Counted from the first letter of the stretch, positions 45,812 to 55,437 are shown. The stretch is 64,000 bases of DNA from Candidatus Limnocylindrales bacterium (GCA_036570185.1 DATCPH010000232.1:2453-66452); one strand, 5' to 3'. Notes: generated by a model from the letters alone, not told the origin. A program made the numbers and translations.

Positions 45812-46996
45812 TCACGCCCCCCAACCCGCCTGTTGCCCACCGACCCGCTCAGCCACGATCCGTTCACCGTAGCCAGACCTGGCGTATGCAGCGACCGGAT
45901 CGGGATCGAGCCCGAGGCCGGTCCGCACCTCGGCCAGGAGTGGGCGAACATCGGTGTTGTAGGCGTCCATGAAGACCGCGTTGGCGCCGAGGACGTCGCC
46001 GCGTTGCTGGGCCTCCGCGAGAGCGTCGGCGTCGACCAGCAGGGCTTTGGCGGTGGCCTCCTGGACGTTCATGACCGATCGGATCTGGCCCGGGATCTTC
46101 GGCTCGATGTTGTGGCACTGGTCGAGCATGAAGGCCACGCCGGCTTCCTGGCTCAGCCCACGCGCACGCACGACCTCGTACATGATCCTGAACAACTGGA
46201 ACGGATCGGCCGACCCGACCATCAGATCGTCGTCGGCGTAGAACCGGGAGTTGAAGTCGAAGCCGCCCAGGCGAGCCGCCCGGAGCAGGGACGCGACGAT
46301 GAATTCGATGTTGGTGCCCGGTGCGTGGTGACCGGTGTCCACGACGACCTTGGCCTTCGGCCCAGCGGCGACGCAGTGGATGAAGGCCGTGCCCCAGTCC
46401 GGCACGTCCATCGTGTAGAACGACGGCTCGAAGAGCTTGTATTCGAGGAGCATCCGCTGGTCCGAGTTCAGTCGCGCATGCACCGCCGCGAGGGCCTCGG
46501 CAAGCCGGTCCTGTCGCGCTCGAATGTCGTCCTGGCCAGGGTAGTTCGTGCCGTCTGAAAACCACAGCTTCAGGTCCCGCGAGCCGGTCGCATCCATGAT
46601 GTCGATGCACGCCAGCAAGTGGTCGAGCGCCTTGCGCCGCACGCGTGCATCCGGGTTGCAGACGCTGCCGAGCATGTAGTCGTCGTCCTGGAAGACGTTC
46701 GAGTTGATCGTGCCGAGCCTCACGCCGACGTCCGACGCGTGACGTGCCAGGTCGGCGTAGTCGTCGACCCTGTCCCATGGGATGTGGAGCGCGACGGACG
46801 GTGCAACGCCGGTGAACCGGTGGACCTGGGCGGCGTCGGCGACCTTCTCATACGGCGTCCGCGGAACGCCCTTTTGAGCGAACACCTTGAATCGTGTCCC
46901 CGAGTTGCCGAAGGCCCACGACGGCAGTTCGATGTGCTGGACTCTGAGCGCCGCAACGATTGCTGGGTTGCCGATGACGACGGCTGAATTGGTCAC
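45812..46996 (-). CDS. rhaI: L-rhamnose isomerase (actinobacterial xylose-isomerase-like TIM barrel type)
   Basis: 394-aa protein matching the Streptomyces/Mycobacterium-type RhaI pattern (HIPWD, EYKLFEPSFY, DTGHHAPGTNIEFIVA). Confidence 0.9.
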   Translation of the reverse strand: MTNSAVVIGNPAIVAALRVQHIELPSWAFGNSGTRFKVFAQKGVPRTPYEKVADAAQVHRFTGVAPSVALHIPWDRVDDYADLARHASDVGVRLGTINSNVFQDDDYMLGSVCNPDARVRRKALDHLLACIDIMDATGSRDLKLWFSDGTNYPGQDDIRARQDRLAEALAAVHARLNSDQRMLLEYKLFEPSFYTMDVPDWGTAFIHCVAAGPKAKVVVDTGHHAPGTNIEFIVASLLRAARLGGFDFNSRFYADDDLMVGSADPFQLFRIMYEVVRARGLSQEAGVAFMLDQCHNIEPKIPGQIRSVMNVQEATAKALLVDADALAEAQQRGDVLGANAVFMDAYNTDVRPLLAEVRTGLGLDPDPVAAYARSGYGERIVAERVGGQQAGWGA

Positions 46997-47136
46997 GTCT
47001 GCCTCCGCCGCCCGTCGGGGCGGATCTTCCTCGCTCTCCTGACCGGTCCGCGTACAGCCTTTTGCCGATCGTAGTCCTCAGCCCGGGGCCATGACGGGTA
47101 GGCTGACACAGATTTCGATTACTTTCAATTCCTTTC

Positions 47137-47166
47137 TTGACATTGGCTTTACGAAGGGTCTACTGT
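47137..47166 (+). promoter_or_regulatory. Candidate sigma70-like promoter (TTGACA-18 nt-TACTGT) flanked by inverted repeats TTTCGATT / AATCGAAA in the divergent rha control region
   Basis: Read directly in the AT-rich 216-bp gap between rhaI and the DeoR gene. The inverted-repeat arms are at 47113-47120 and 47179-47186. Confidence 0.35.
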
Positions 47167-47212
47167 GCGTCAGTAACCAATCGAAACCAAATTCCCCACA
47201 CCACTTGGGGCC

Positions 47213-48109
47213 TTGACCGTCCGCCGAGACCAAGGGGAGGCCGTGACCGTTCCTGCCAGCGCCTCGCCGAGGGACGTTTTTGCGCGCGAGCGGCAGGAGC
47301 GCATTGCACGCGTCGTCGAGGAGCATGGACGCGCGAGGGTCAGCGATCTCGCGGCACAATTCGGCGTCTCGGCGGTGACGATCCGCAAGGACCTGGTGAT
47401 TCTCGAATCGGAACATCGCTTGGTTCGCGCCCACGGCGGCGCCATCGTCGTCGACAGGAGCCGGCCGGAACTCTCGTTCGAGATCCGAGAGCGGCTCCAG
47501 GCGGACGAAAAGCTCCGAATCGGGGCAGCGGCTGCGGCCCTTGTGCATGACGGCGAGAGCATCGTCATGGATGCGAGCACAACGGCCCTTTCGGTGGCGC
47601 GTCACCTGAAGGCGCGCGGGGGCTGGAGTCAGGTGACCGTGATTACGAACGGCCTGCGGCTGGCTTCGGAGCTCGCCGGCCACCCGGGAATCACGGTCCT
47701 CATGCTCGGTGGCCGGGTGCGCTGGGAGGCGTTGTCGGTCGTCGGTCAGCTGGGCGATGGGCTGTTCAGCCGGATCAACGTCCAGAAGGCGTTCCTTGGC
47801 GCCGCCGGCTTCACCCCCGAGTCCGGCCTGGCCGATGCCACGGACGAAGAGGCGCAGATCAAGCGCTCCATGGTCGCGGCCGCTCGAGAGGTCATCGCGA
47901 TTGTCGACCACACAAAGTGGGAGCGCGCCGCGTTCGCGACGTTCTGCGCGACCGACCAGATCAGCATCGTCCTGACCGATGACGCCGCCCCGCCTGAGAT
48001 GGTCGAGTCACTCATTGACCGCGGTGTGCAGGTCCGGCTCGTCGGGCCTGACCAGGCCATCGAAACGGAGGCTGCCCGAAGCTCCGACGTCACGAGATTG
48101 TCTCGGTGA
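47213..48109 (+). CDS. DeoR/GlpR family transcriptional regulator (likely rhamnose regulator)
   Basis: N-terminal HTH (RIARVVEEHGRARVSDLAAQFGVSAVTIRKDLVILESEHRLVRAHGGA) plus a DeoR C-terminal sugar-phosphate sensor domain. First gene of the transporter operon. Confidence 0.85.
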   Translation: MTVRRDQGEAVTVPASASPRDVFARERQERIARVVEEHGRARVSDLAAQFGVSAVTIRKDLVILESEHRLVRAHGGAIVVDRSRPELSFEIRERLQADEKLRIGAAAAALVHDGESIVMDASTTALSVARHLKARGGWSQVTVITNGLRLASELAGHPGITVLMLGGRVRWEALSVVGQLGDGLFSRINVQKAFLGAAGFTPESGLADATDEEAQIKRSMVAAAREVIAIVDHTKWERAAFATFCATDQISIVLTDDAAPPEMVESLIDRGVQVRLVGPDQAIETEAARSSDVTRLSR

Positions 48110-49668
48110 CCGCGGCCGACGCCGCAGCGACGCCACCCCGTGCCGAGCTCCGCGGGATCTCCAAGCGGTTCGCCGCGACGCAGGCCCTGGATGACGTTTC
48201 GCTGGATCTGATGCCCGGGGAGATCCACGCGTTGGTCGGCGAGAACGGCGCGGGCAAGAGCACCCTGGTCAAGATCCTCGCGGGGGTCCATCAGCCGGAC
48301 AGCGGGACGATCTGGCTCGACGGCCAGTCAACGGAGATTAACGGCCCCGCCCATGCTCGCTCGCTTGGGATCGCCGTCGTCCACCAAGAGCCACGTCTGT
48401 TCCCGGATCTGACCGTCGCCGAGAACGTGTTCATCGGCCACGCGCCCTCCGGTCGCCTCGGCACGCTCGACTGGGGCGGGACTCGCCGGGCGGCGCGGGC
48501 GCTGTTCGATGAACTCGAGGTCCAGTTCGACGTCGATGCGCCGGTCCGTGGCCTGTCGATGGCCGACCAACAGCTGATCGAGATCGCCAAGTCCCTGTCT
48601 GTCGATGCCCGCGTGCTCATCCTGGACGAACCGACCGCCTCGCTCTCCGCCCATGAGGTCGACCGGCTGTTCACGATCGTTCGACGGCTCCGAGACCGCG
48701 GCGTGGCGATCCTGTTCGTGAGCCACCGGCTGGACGAGGTCTTCGAACTGTGCGACCGAGCGACCGTTTTTCGTGACGGTCGCCACGTCGTCACCATGGC
48801 GACGCGCCAGCTCACGACGGCCGACCTCGTGCGGTACATGGTCGGTCGAACGGTCTCGCTGTTTCCGAAGATCGAGACACCTGTCGGCGACGTGCTCCTC
48901 GAGGTCAGCGACCTCTCCAGGGTCGGCGTGTTCCGCGACGTCGGGTTCTCCGTGCGTGCCGGGGAGATCCTTGGGTTCGCGGGCCTGGTCGGCGCCGGCC
49001 GCACCGAGGTCGCCCGGGTCCTCTTCGGGATCGACCAGCGCGATGGCGGCGAGATGCGGCTCGGGGGCACGCCCGTCAACTTTGCGAGCCCATCCGACGC
49101 GATGCATGAAGGGATCGCTTATCTGCCCGAGGACCGCCATCAGGAGGGCCTCGTTTCCGGCTTCTCGATCGCTCAGAACGTGACGCTGCCGATCCTGCCG
49201 CGCCTCTTTCCGCGGTTCCTGGTTCGCTCCTCCACCGAGGGCAAGGTCGCCCACGAATACACCCGACAATTCAATGTTCGGATGACCGGGGTCGACCAGC
49301 TCGTCGGCGCCCTCTCGGGCGGCAATCAACAGAAGGTCGTGCTGGCCAAGTGGTTGGCCTCCAAGCCCAGGATCCTGATCCTGGACGAGCCAACGCGCGG
49401 GATCGACATCGGCGCCAAGGTGGAGGTCCACCGGATCATCTCCGAACTGGCGGCGTCCGGACTGGGGATCATCCTGATCTCGAGCGACCTGCCTGAGGTC
49501 CTCGCGATGTCCGACCGGATCGTCGTGTTCCATGAAGGCCGGATCACCGCCGAGATTCCGCGGGATCGGGCGACCCAGGAGCGGATCATGTTCGCCGCGA
49601 CCGGCAAATTCGGCGGCGACGACCCACCGCCCGCCGATGATGGGGTCAATGTCAGCTCCGGTGCTTGA
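48106..49668 (+). CDS. rhaT: Sugar (rhamnose) ABC transporter ATP-binding protein, duplicated NBD
   Basis: Two NBDs with Walker A GENGAGKST, signature LSMADQQLIEIAKSL, and a second LSGGNQQKVVLAKWL. Confidence 0.9.
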   Translation: MTAADAAATPPRAELRGISKRFAATQALDDVSLDLMPGEIHALVGENGAGKSTLVKILAGVHQPDSGTIWLDGQSTEINGPAHARSLGIAVVHQEPRLFPDLTVAENVFIGHAPSGRLGTLDWGGTRRAARALFDELEVQFDVDAPVRGLSMADQQLIEIAKSLSVDARVLILDEPTASLSAHEVDRLFTIVRRLRDRGVAILFVSHRLDEVFELCDRATVFRDGRHVVTMATRQLTTADLVRYMVGRTVSLFPKIETPVGDVLLEVSDLSRVGVFRDVGFSVRAGEILGFAGLVGAGRTEVARVLFGIDQRDGGEMRLGGTPVNFASPSDAMHEGIAYLPEDRHQEGLVSGFSIAQNVTLPILPRLFPRFLVRSSTEGKVAHEYTRQFNVRMTGVDQLVGALSGGNQQKVVLAKWLASKPRILILDEPTRGIDIGAKVEVHRIISELAASGLGIILISSDLPEVLAMSDRIVVFHEGRITAEIPRDRATQERIMFAATGKFGGDDPPPADDGVNVSSGA

Positions 49669-50689
49669 GCCCGCCGTCAGCGCCACGGTCGGCCGGCCAC
49701 GCACCCGCGGGTCGTGGTTGTCCACGATCGCGCGCCAACGCGAGCTGAGCCTGCTCGCGATCGTGTTCGTGCTGGGCGGTCTGGTATCCGTCGTGGCACC
49801 GCAATTCCTGACGGCATCCAACCTGACGCAAGTTGCCGTCCTGGCCTCGATCATCGCCATCGCGGCAGTTGGCGAGGCATTGGTGGTCCTGACCAGGAAC
49901 GTCGACTTGTCCGTGGAGGCCGTGATGGGCCTCGTCGCCTATTCGGTCGCGCGGCTCCTCGAGCTGCACGCCCTCGACCCGCTCCCGGCGGTCGCCTTCG
50001 GGATCGGCCTGGGACTCCTCCTCGGGATGATCAACGGCGCGATCGTCACGATCTTCAGGGTCCCGGCGATCGTCGCCACGCTCGGCACGTTGAGCATCTT
50101 TCGGGGCGTGGACTACCTCGTGGCCGGCAGCCATCAGGTCCCGCTGGCTGGCCTCCCGCCCGGCTTCACCGACGCTGCCATCGGCTCGATCTTCGGGATC
50201 CCGACGTTCGTCTTCATCGCGATCGTGATCGTGATCGTCGCAAGCGCGGTGCTCCGGTCGACTCCGTTCGGGCGCCAGATCTACGCCGTCGGCAGCAACC
50301 CCGAGGCGGCGGCCATCATCGGTATCCGCTCCAGGCTGGTCGTCTTCACCGCCTTCGCACTGTGCGGCCTGCTCGCGGGCGTTGCCGGGGTGCTGTATGT
50401 CATCGAATTCGGGACGATCAACGGAACGTCGGCGACCGGCCTCGTGCTGTCGGTGGTGGCCGCGGTCGTCGTCGGGGGCGTCAACATCTTCGGTGGCTCG
50501 GGAAGTGTCGCAGGGGCGGCCCTGGGCGCCCTGTTCCTCGGCTTTATTGCGAACGCACTGATCCTGGTCGGCCTGTCGCAGTTCTGGCTCCAGGCCATCT
50601 ACGGTGCCGTGATCCTTGCCGCCGTGTCCGCCGACGCCGTAATCCTGCGACGCGTCCAGCGGGCGGCCATGGAGCAGCGCGCACGATGA
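49649..50689 (+). CDS. rhaP: Sugar ABC transporter permease
   Basis: Ribose/rhamnose-type permease with about 10 TM helices. The start is ambiguous (ATG 49637, 49640 or 49649, or GTG 49661) and overlaps the ATPase stop. Confidence 0.8.
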   Translation: MSAPVLEPAVSATVGRPRTRGSWLSTIARQRELSLLAIVFVLGGLVSVVAPQFLTASNLTQVAVLASIIAIAAVGEALVVLTRNVDLSVEAVMGLVAYSVARLLELHALDPLPAVAFGIGLGLLLGMINGAIVTIFRVPAIVATLGTLSIFRGVDYLVAGSHQVPLAGLPPGFTDAAIGSIFGIPTFVFIAIVIVIVASAVLRSTPFGRQIYAVGSNPEAAAIIGIRSRLVVFTAFALCGLLAGVAGVLYVIEFGTINGTSATGLVLSVVAAVVVGGVNIFGGSGSVAGAALGALFLGFIANALILVGLSQFWLQAIYGAVILAAVSADAVILRRVQRAAMEQRAR

Positions 50690-51741
50690 CCACTGCCGTG
50701 GCACGCCGGGCTCGTGAGCGGCCATGGATGCGCTGGCTCGCGCGCTGGGAGGTCTTCCTTGCCATCGCCCTCGCGGGGCTCCTCCTCCTCGGGGCGAGGC
50801 TGTCGCCTTTCTTCCTGAGTGCGGGCAACTTCTCGAACCTCGTCGCGGCCCTTATGGAAGTCGCGATCATGGCCCTGCCGATGACCCTGATCATCGTCGC
50901 CGGCGAGATCGACCTTTCGGTCGAGTCGATGGCCGGACTGGCCAGCGCGCTCCTTGGGTTCCTGTGGGCCGCCGGCATTCCACTCTGGATCGGGATTCCT
51001 CTCGTCCTCCTCGTCGGCGCCCTTGGCGGGCTCCTGAACGGCCTGCTCGTGGCTCGCGGCCGCTTGCCCTCGCTCGTCGTGACCCTGGGCACGCTGGCCC
51101 TGTTCCGCGGTGGGGCGTTGATCGTCCTCGGACCGCGCGGCGTCAGCGACTTTCCAGCCGCGTTCACGCAACTGGGCTTTGGTCATGTCCCGGGGACACT
51201 CATCCCGTGGCCCTTCGTTATCTTCATCGTCCTGGCCGGCTTGCTCGGCGTCGTGCTCCATCGGACCTGGATCGGGCGCCAGATCTACGCGATCGGCAAG
51301 AACCCGAGCGCTGCGCGCTACTCAGGCGTTCGGGTGACCCGGGTCAAGGTCCTCCTCTTCGTGTTGTCCGGACTGATCGCCTCGCTGGCTGGGATCATCC
51401 TGACCTCACGCCTGTCCAGCGCCCGCGCCGATGCGGGCGAGGGCATGACCCTCACGGTCGTCACCGTGGTTCTGCTCGGTGGCGTCAATATCTTCGGCGG
51501 ATCGGGCACGATCCCCGGTGTCGTTCTGGCGGTCCTCGCGGTGGCCGTGATGCAGAACGCCCTCCGCCTCGCGAGCGTCACCGTCGAGGTCCAGAGCATC
51601 GCCCTTGGCTTGCTGCTGATCCTCTCGGTCGTCATCCCCACTTCTGCTCACCAGGCCAAGTCGGCTATCGATCGAGTTCGCGGAGGCCGGCCTCCGCCGG
51701 CCGGCTCGGTCCCCATGGTGAGCGGAGACATGGATCGGTAG
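50686..51741 (+). CDS. rhaQ: Sugar ABC transporter permease
   Basis: ATGA overlap with rhaP. The real frame is the C-terminal part of the long track ORF 49714..51741, starting MTTAVARRARERPWMRWLARWEVFLAIALAGLL. Confidence 0.85.
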   Translation: MTTAVARRARERPWMRWLARWEVFLAIALAGLLLLGARLSPFFLSAGNFSNLVAALMEVAIMALPMTLIIVAGEIDLSVESMAGLASALLGFLWAAGIPLWIGIPLVLLVGALGGLLNGLLVARGRLPSLVVTLGTLALFRGGALIVLGPRGVSDFPAAFTQLGFGHVPGTLIPWPFVIFIVLAGLLGVVLHRTWIGRQIYAIGKNPSAARYSGVRVTRVKVLLFVLSGLIASLAGIILTSRLSSARADAGEGMTLTVVTVVLLGGVNIFGGSGTIPGVVLAVLAVAVMQNALRLASVTVEVQSIALGLLLILSVVIPTSAHQAKSAIDRVRGGRPPPAGSVPMVSGDMDR

Positions 51742-51754
51742 AGGAGGAACAGGT

Positions 51755-52858
51755 TTGATGTTCAAGTCACAAGGGCGTTTAGCAGGCTTCGCTGGTGTCG
51801 CGGTCGTGCTTCTTGCGGCCTGCACCAGCGCGACCTCGACTTCGGGGCCGGCTTCGGCAGCGCCGGCATCGGCCGCGCCGGCATCGGCCGCGCCCGCGGC
51901 ATCCGCACCCGCGGCGTCCACCGCCGCGGGACCCATCACCGTCGGCTACCTGCCGAAGGACATTGTCAACCAGTACTTCGCGGCCGCGAAGACCGGCATG
52001 GACAAGGCCGCAACCGAACTTGGCGGGACGGTGACCGAGGTTGGCCCCAACCAGGCGAAGGCTGATCTCCAGATCCCGTTCATCCAGGACCTCACGACCA
52101 AGAAAGTCAGCGCGATCGTCATTTCGGCTGACGACAAGGATGCCGTCGCGCCCGCCCTCCAGGCGGCGATGGCGGCTGGCATCAAGGTGGTCGGCTTCGA
52201 CTCGAGCCCCGCGGTCGGCGCTTACAACGTTTTCGTCAACCAGGTCGACTTCAGCGGTGTGGGCGTGAACCTGTCGGATTGGGCGTGTGAGCTCGCACCG
52301 AACTGCACGGGCGACATCGCGATCCTGTCCGCGGCAGCGACCGCGACCAACCAGAACGCGTGGATCGACCTGATGAAGACCACGCTGGCAACGGCCAAGT
52401 ACAAGGGCCTCAAGCTCGTCGCGACCGTTTACGGCAACGACGATGCGACCGAGAGCACCACGCAGGCCCAGGGCCTGCTCACCAAGTACCCCAATCTCAA
52501 GGTCATCGTCGCACCGACCACCGTCGGCATTCTTGCTGCGGCCCAGGTCGTGAAGCAAGCCGGCAAGTCGGCGACGGTCAAGGTCACAGGGCTCGGCTTC
52601 CCGAACGACATGAAGCCGTTCGTGAAGGACGGCACCTCTCCGGTCTTCGGGCTGTGGAGCGTGCCTGACCTTGGCTATCTCTCATTCCAGGTCGCGGCTA
52701 AGCTCGTCAGCGGCGAGATCACCGGCAAGGAGGGCGAGAGCTTCACCGTGGCGAGTCTCAACGGGGGCAAGCCGTACACGATCGGAAAGGACAGCGTCGT
52801 GATCCTCGGGCCGGCGTTCCGGTTCGACAAGACGAACGTCGACAACTTCAACTTCTAA
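51755..52858 (+). CDS. rhaS: Rhamnose ABC transporter substrate-binding lipoprotein
   Basis: Lipoprotein signal AGVAVVLLAAC, then an Ala/Pro/Ser linker. Periplasmic-binding-protein type I fold (ITVGYLPKD...VKVVGFDSS). Confidence 0.85.
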   Translation: MMFKSQGRLAGFAGVAVVLLAACTSATSTSGPASAAPASAAPASAAPAASAPAASTAAGPITVGYLPKDIVNQYFAAAKTGMDKAATELGGTVTEVGPNQAKADLQIPFIQDLTTKKVSAIVISADDKDAVAPALQAAMAAGIKVVGFDSSPAVGAYNVFVNQVDFSGVGVNLSDWACELAPNCTGDIAILSAAATATNQNAWIDLMKTTLATAKYKGLKLVATVYGNDDATESTTQAQGLLTKYPNLKVIVAPTTVGILAAAQVVKQAGKSATVKVTGLGFPNDMKPFVKDGTSPVFGLWSVPDLGYLSFQVAAKLVSGEITGKEGESFTVASLNGGKPYTIGKDSVVILGPAFRFDKTNVDNFNF

Positions 52859-52859
52859 C

Positions 52860-52911
52860 CCGCCTCGACGAGGCGGACGAGAGCCCCGGAAGCGACGCTT
52901 CCGGGGCTCTC
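52860..52911 (+). terminator. Two consecutive GC-rich hairpins between rhaS and rhaM (terminator/attenuator-like, no U-tract)
   Basis: CCGCCTC-gac-GAGGCGG at 52860-52876. Then a 15-bp perfect stem GAGAGCCCCGGAAGC-gac-GCTTCCGGGGCTCTC at 52879-52911. Confidence 0.35.
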
Positions 52912-52929
52912 GGATTCGGAGGTAGCACC

Positions 52930-53244
52930 ATGGAGCGCGTCGGATTCACGATGCGGATCCTGCCCGGACAGGGCGACGAGTACCGTCGACGGCACGCTGC
53001 GGTCTGGCCGGAGATGCTCGATGCCCTCAAGGTCGCCGGATGCCGCGACCATTCGATCTTCATCAGGGACTCGGACCTGTTCGCTTACTTCGAGGTCGGT
53101 GACTTCGATGCGTTTCGCGCATTGATGAACGCAAGCCTGGTGAACGCGCGATGGCAGGCCGAGATGGCCGAATTGATCGACCCGCTCACGGACCCGATGA
53201 CCGGCTTCCACAAGCGTCTCGAGGAGATCTTCCACCTGGACTGA
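52930..53244 (+). CDS. rhaM: L-rhamnose mutarotase
   Basis: 104-aa protein with the RhaM pattern (MRILPGQGDEYRRRHAAVWPEMLDALKVAGCRDHSIFIRD). Confidence 0.85.
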   Translation: MERVGFTMRILPGQGDEYRRRHAAVWPEMLDALKVAGCRDHSIFIRDSDLFAYFEVGDFDAFRALMNASLVNARWQAEMAELIDPLTDPMTGFHKRLEEIFHLD

Positions 53245-53298
53245 AGCCCGGCTCGCGGAGCTACGCTTGACCGGGACGGAACCTGGGGGCGGACGTAG

Positions 53299-53886
53299 AT
53301 GACCGACGACTTGCCTCTCGGCCGATTCGTGACCAAGATCGAACCCCGTGCGACATGGGACGACCTCGTCCTGCCCGCTTCGGAACTGGACCTGCTCCAT
53401 CAGATCGCAGACCAAGTCCGGGGACGCTCAACCGCCGACGAGGACTGGAGCTTTGGGGGCCCGAAGCGTCGAGGGTCCGGAGCCAGCGTTCTGTTTGCGG
53501 GTGCCAGCGGTGCCGGTCAGTCAACGGCAGCCGAGGTTCTCGCCCGCGCACTTGGGTTCAGCCTGTACCGGATCGACCTCTCGACGGCCGTCAGCAAGTA
53601 CATCGGCGAAACGGAGAAAAACCTGCGCCGCGTGTTCGACGCTGCCAATGAGAGCAACGCGATTCTCTTCTTCGACGAGGCCGACGCGCTCTTCGGCAAG
53701 AGGAGCGAGGTCAAGGACTCCCACGACCGCTACGCGAACATCAAGGTCGACGATCTGCGGGAGCTCTTCGGAGCCTTTCGTGGAGTCATCATTCTCGCCA
53801 CGGAGGCAGCCGACGCGCTAGCCGTCGAGGTGCTTGGTCCCGGCACCTTCTTGGTGAAGTTCGACGTGCCTGGCCAGCCGCGCTGA
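53299..53886 (+). CDS. AAA-family protein with degenerate Walker A (GASGAGQST, Lys replaced by Gln)
   Basis: Clearly homologous to the widespread actinobacterial AAA ATPase family (LYRIDLSTAVSKYIGETEKNLRRVFDAANE...ILFFDEADALFGKRSEVKDSHDRYANI). The P-loop reads GASGAGQST instead of GPxGTGKT. Confidence 0.7.
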   Translation: MTDDLPLGRFVTKIEPRATWDDLVLPASELDLLHQIADQVRGRSTADEDWSFGGPKRRGSGASVLFAGASGAGQSTAAEVLARALGFSLYRIDLSTAVSKYIGETEKNLRRVFDAANESNAILFFDEADALFGKRSEVKDSHDRYANIKVDDLRELFGAFRGVIILATEAADALAVEVLGPGTFLVKFDVPGQPR

Positions 53887-54022
53887 ACGAACGCGCGACT
53901 GAATCCGCCTGAGGAGCTCGCAGCCCGCTCCGCTCGGCCCTGCCCTGAACGATTCCGGGGCAGCCTACCCTCATGCTCGATAGACCGCGGTCACCTCGAC
54001 CACGGCCAATCGCCGGAGACCC

Positions 54023-54577
54023 ATGGACCGAGACCTCGTCGAGCGGGCGCGCTCGGGCGACCAGGCGGCATTCGCGGAGCTGGTGCACCAGGTCAGCGAC
54101 ACGCTGTTCGGGATCGCTCGACGCATCCTGCGCGATCCGGGCCTCGCCGAGGACGTCCTGCAGAACGCCCTCGTGACCATCTGGCGGAAGCTGCCGCACT
54201 TGCGGGAGCCCGAGCGCTTCGATGCATGGGCCTACCGGATCCTGGTCAATGCCTGCTACGCGGATGCTTCGCGCAATCGGCGGTGGGCATCGACCGTGCG
54301 CATTCTCCCGGTCGATCGGGCGAGCGACGCTGACGATTTCCAATCGATCTCCGACCGTGACGAGCTGGAGCAGGCGTTCCGCCGGCTTCCGCTCGACCAA
54401 CGGGCCGTGTTCGTCCTTCACCACCACGCGGGCTTGCCCCTCGTGGCGGTGGCCGAAGCACTTGGCATCCCGGACGGCACGGCCCGATCTCGACTCCACT
54501 ACGCAACCAGTGCGCTTCGGGCCGCCTTCGTGGCATCCCGAGCTCGAGACAATCTCCGCGAGGGACAGCCGGCATGA
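54023..54577 (+). CDS. ECF-subfamily RNA polymerase sigma-70 factor
   Basis: Region 2 (FAELVHQVSDTLFGIARRIL...DVLQNALVTIWRKL) and region 4 (LDQRAVFVLHHHAGLPLVAVAEALGIPDGTARSRLHYA). Confidence 0.85.
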   Translation: MDRDLVERARSGDQAAFAELVHQVSDTLFGIARRILRDPGLAEDVLQNALVTIWRKLPHLREPERFDAWAYRILVNACYADASRNRRWASTVRILPVDRASDADDFQSISDRDELEQAFRRLPLDQRAVFVLHHHAGLPLVAVAEALGIPDGTARSRLHYATSALRAAFVASRARDNLREGQPA

Positions 54578-55437
54578 ACGACGATCGCGCCTTCGAACGC
54601 GCCACTCAAGAATGGCTGGATGAGGGTTCCGACAGGACCCCGCCCGCCGCAATCGATGCCGTCCTCCTCGCGGTCCGGACCACGCCACAGGAGCGGGGTC
54701 TTCGGATCCCGTGGAGGACCGCCCCCATGCCCAATTCCATGCGACTCGTCGCCGCCACCGCGGTCGTCGTGGTCGTCGGCGTCGTGGGTTTCAATCTGTT
54801 ACCCCGCTCGCCCGGCGTCGGCGGCGTGAGCTCTCCACCCACGTTGCCGCCGTGCGCTGCCGCGCCGACGCCGAGCCAGTCACCCGCAGCCTCCCCGATC
54901 GACACGACGACATGGACGCCCTACACGTCGACGTCCTATGGCTTCAGCATCTGCCACCCTGCCGCTTGGACAGTACGTCCCGCGACCGGCGTCTGGAGTT
55001 TCCCCGCGGACGCGACGCTATATGAAAAGAGCCCCGCGGAGCGCTTCGCCGCCGCGGACAGCTCCATCGCCGTATCAGCCTGGTCGGTCGCCGTCGCGCC
55101 CGGCACGTCGCTCGACGCGTGGCTGCAAGCCTACTGCCCGGTGGCCGAGTCCAACTCCTGTACGGCGATCCAGGGTCTCAGCGTCGCTGCGAGCATGGAC
55201 GGCCATGCCGGCCTGATCGTGAAGTTCACGGACGACACCCAGGCGTTCTTCCTGGTTGGCAACCGGATATACGTCGTCGGGTGCTGGCGGCCAGAGTCCG
55301 ACCCGACTGTGGCGTCGTACGGGGGCGCCGTTCGGCTCCTCGAAGCCTATCTCTCGACGATGCACCTCCTTCCCGGAGGTCCGGCCCCTGCATCCACGAC
55401 CGCACCGCCGGTCTTCTCGTCGGCGGCTCCGAGCTGA
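54574..55437 (+). CDS. Membrane-anchored anti-sigma factor (cognate to the upstream ECF sigma)
   Basis: ATGA overlap with the sigma gene. Cytoplasmic N-terminal region, a single TM (LVAATAVVVVVGVVGF), then an extracytoplasmic Pro/Ala-rich and beta-rich domain. Confidence 0.65.
   Translation: MNDDRAFERATQEWLDEGSDRTPPAAIDAVLLAVRTTPQERGLRIPWRTAPMPNSMRLVAATAVVVVVGVVGFNLLPRSPGVGGVSSPPTLPPCAAAPTPSQSPAASPIDTTTWTPYTSTSYGFSICHPAAWTVRPATGVWSFPADATLYEKSPAERFAAADSSIAVSAWSVAVAPGTSLDAWLQAYCPVAESNSCTAIQGLSVAASMDGHAGLIVKFTDDTQAFFLVGNRIYVVGCWRPESDPTVASYGGAVRLLEAYLSTMHLLPGGPAPASTTAPPVFSSAAPS

Noticed and set aside
53887-54022. ECF-type autoregulated promoter (GGAAC...CGTT) upstream of the sigma factor gene
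   Set aside because: Only a weak TGAACG match with no convincing -10 at the right spacing, so it is not called.
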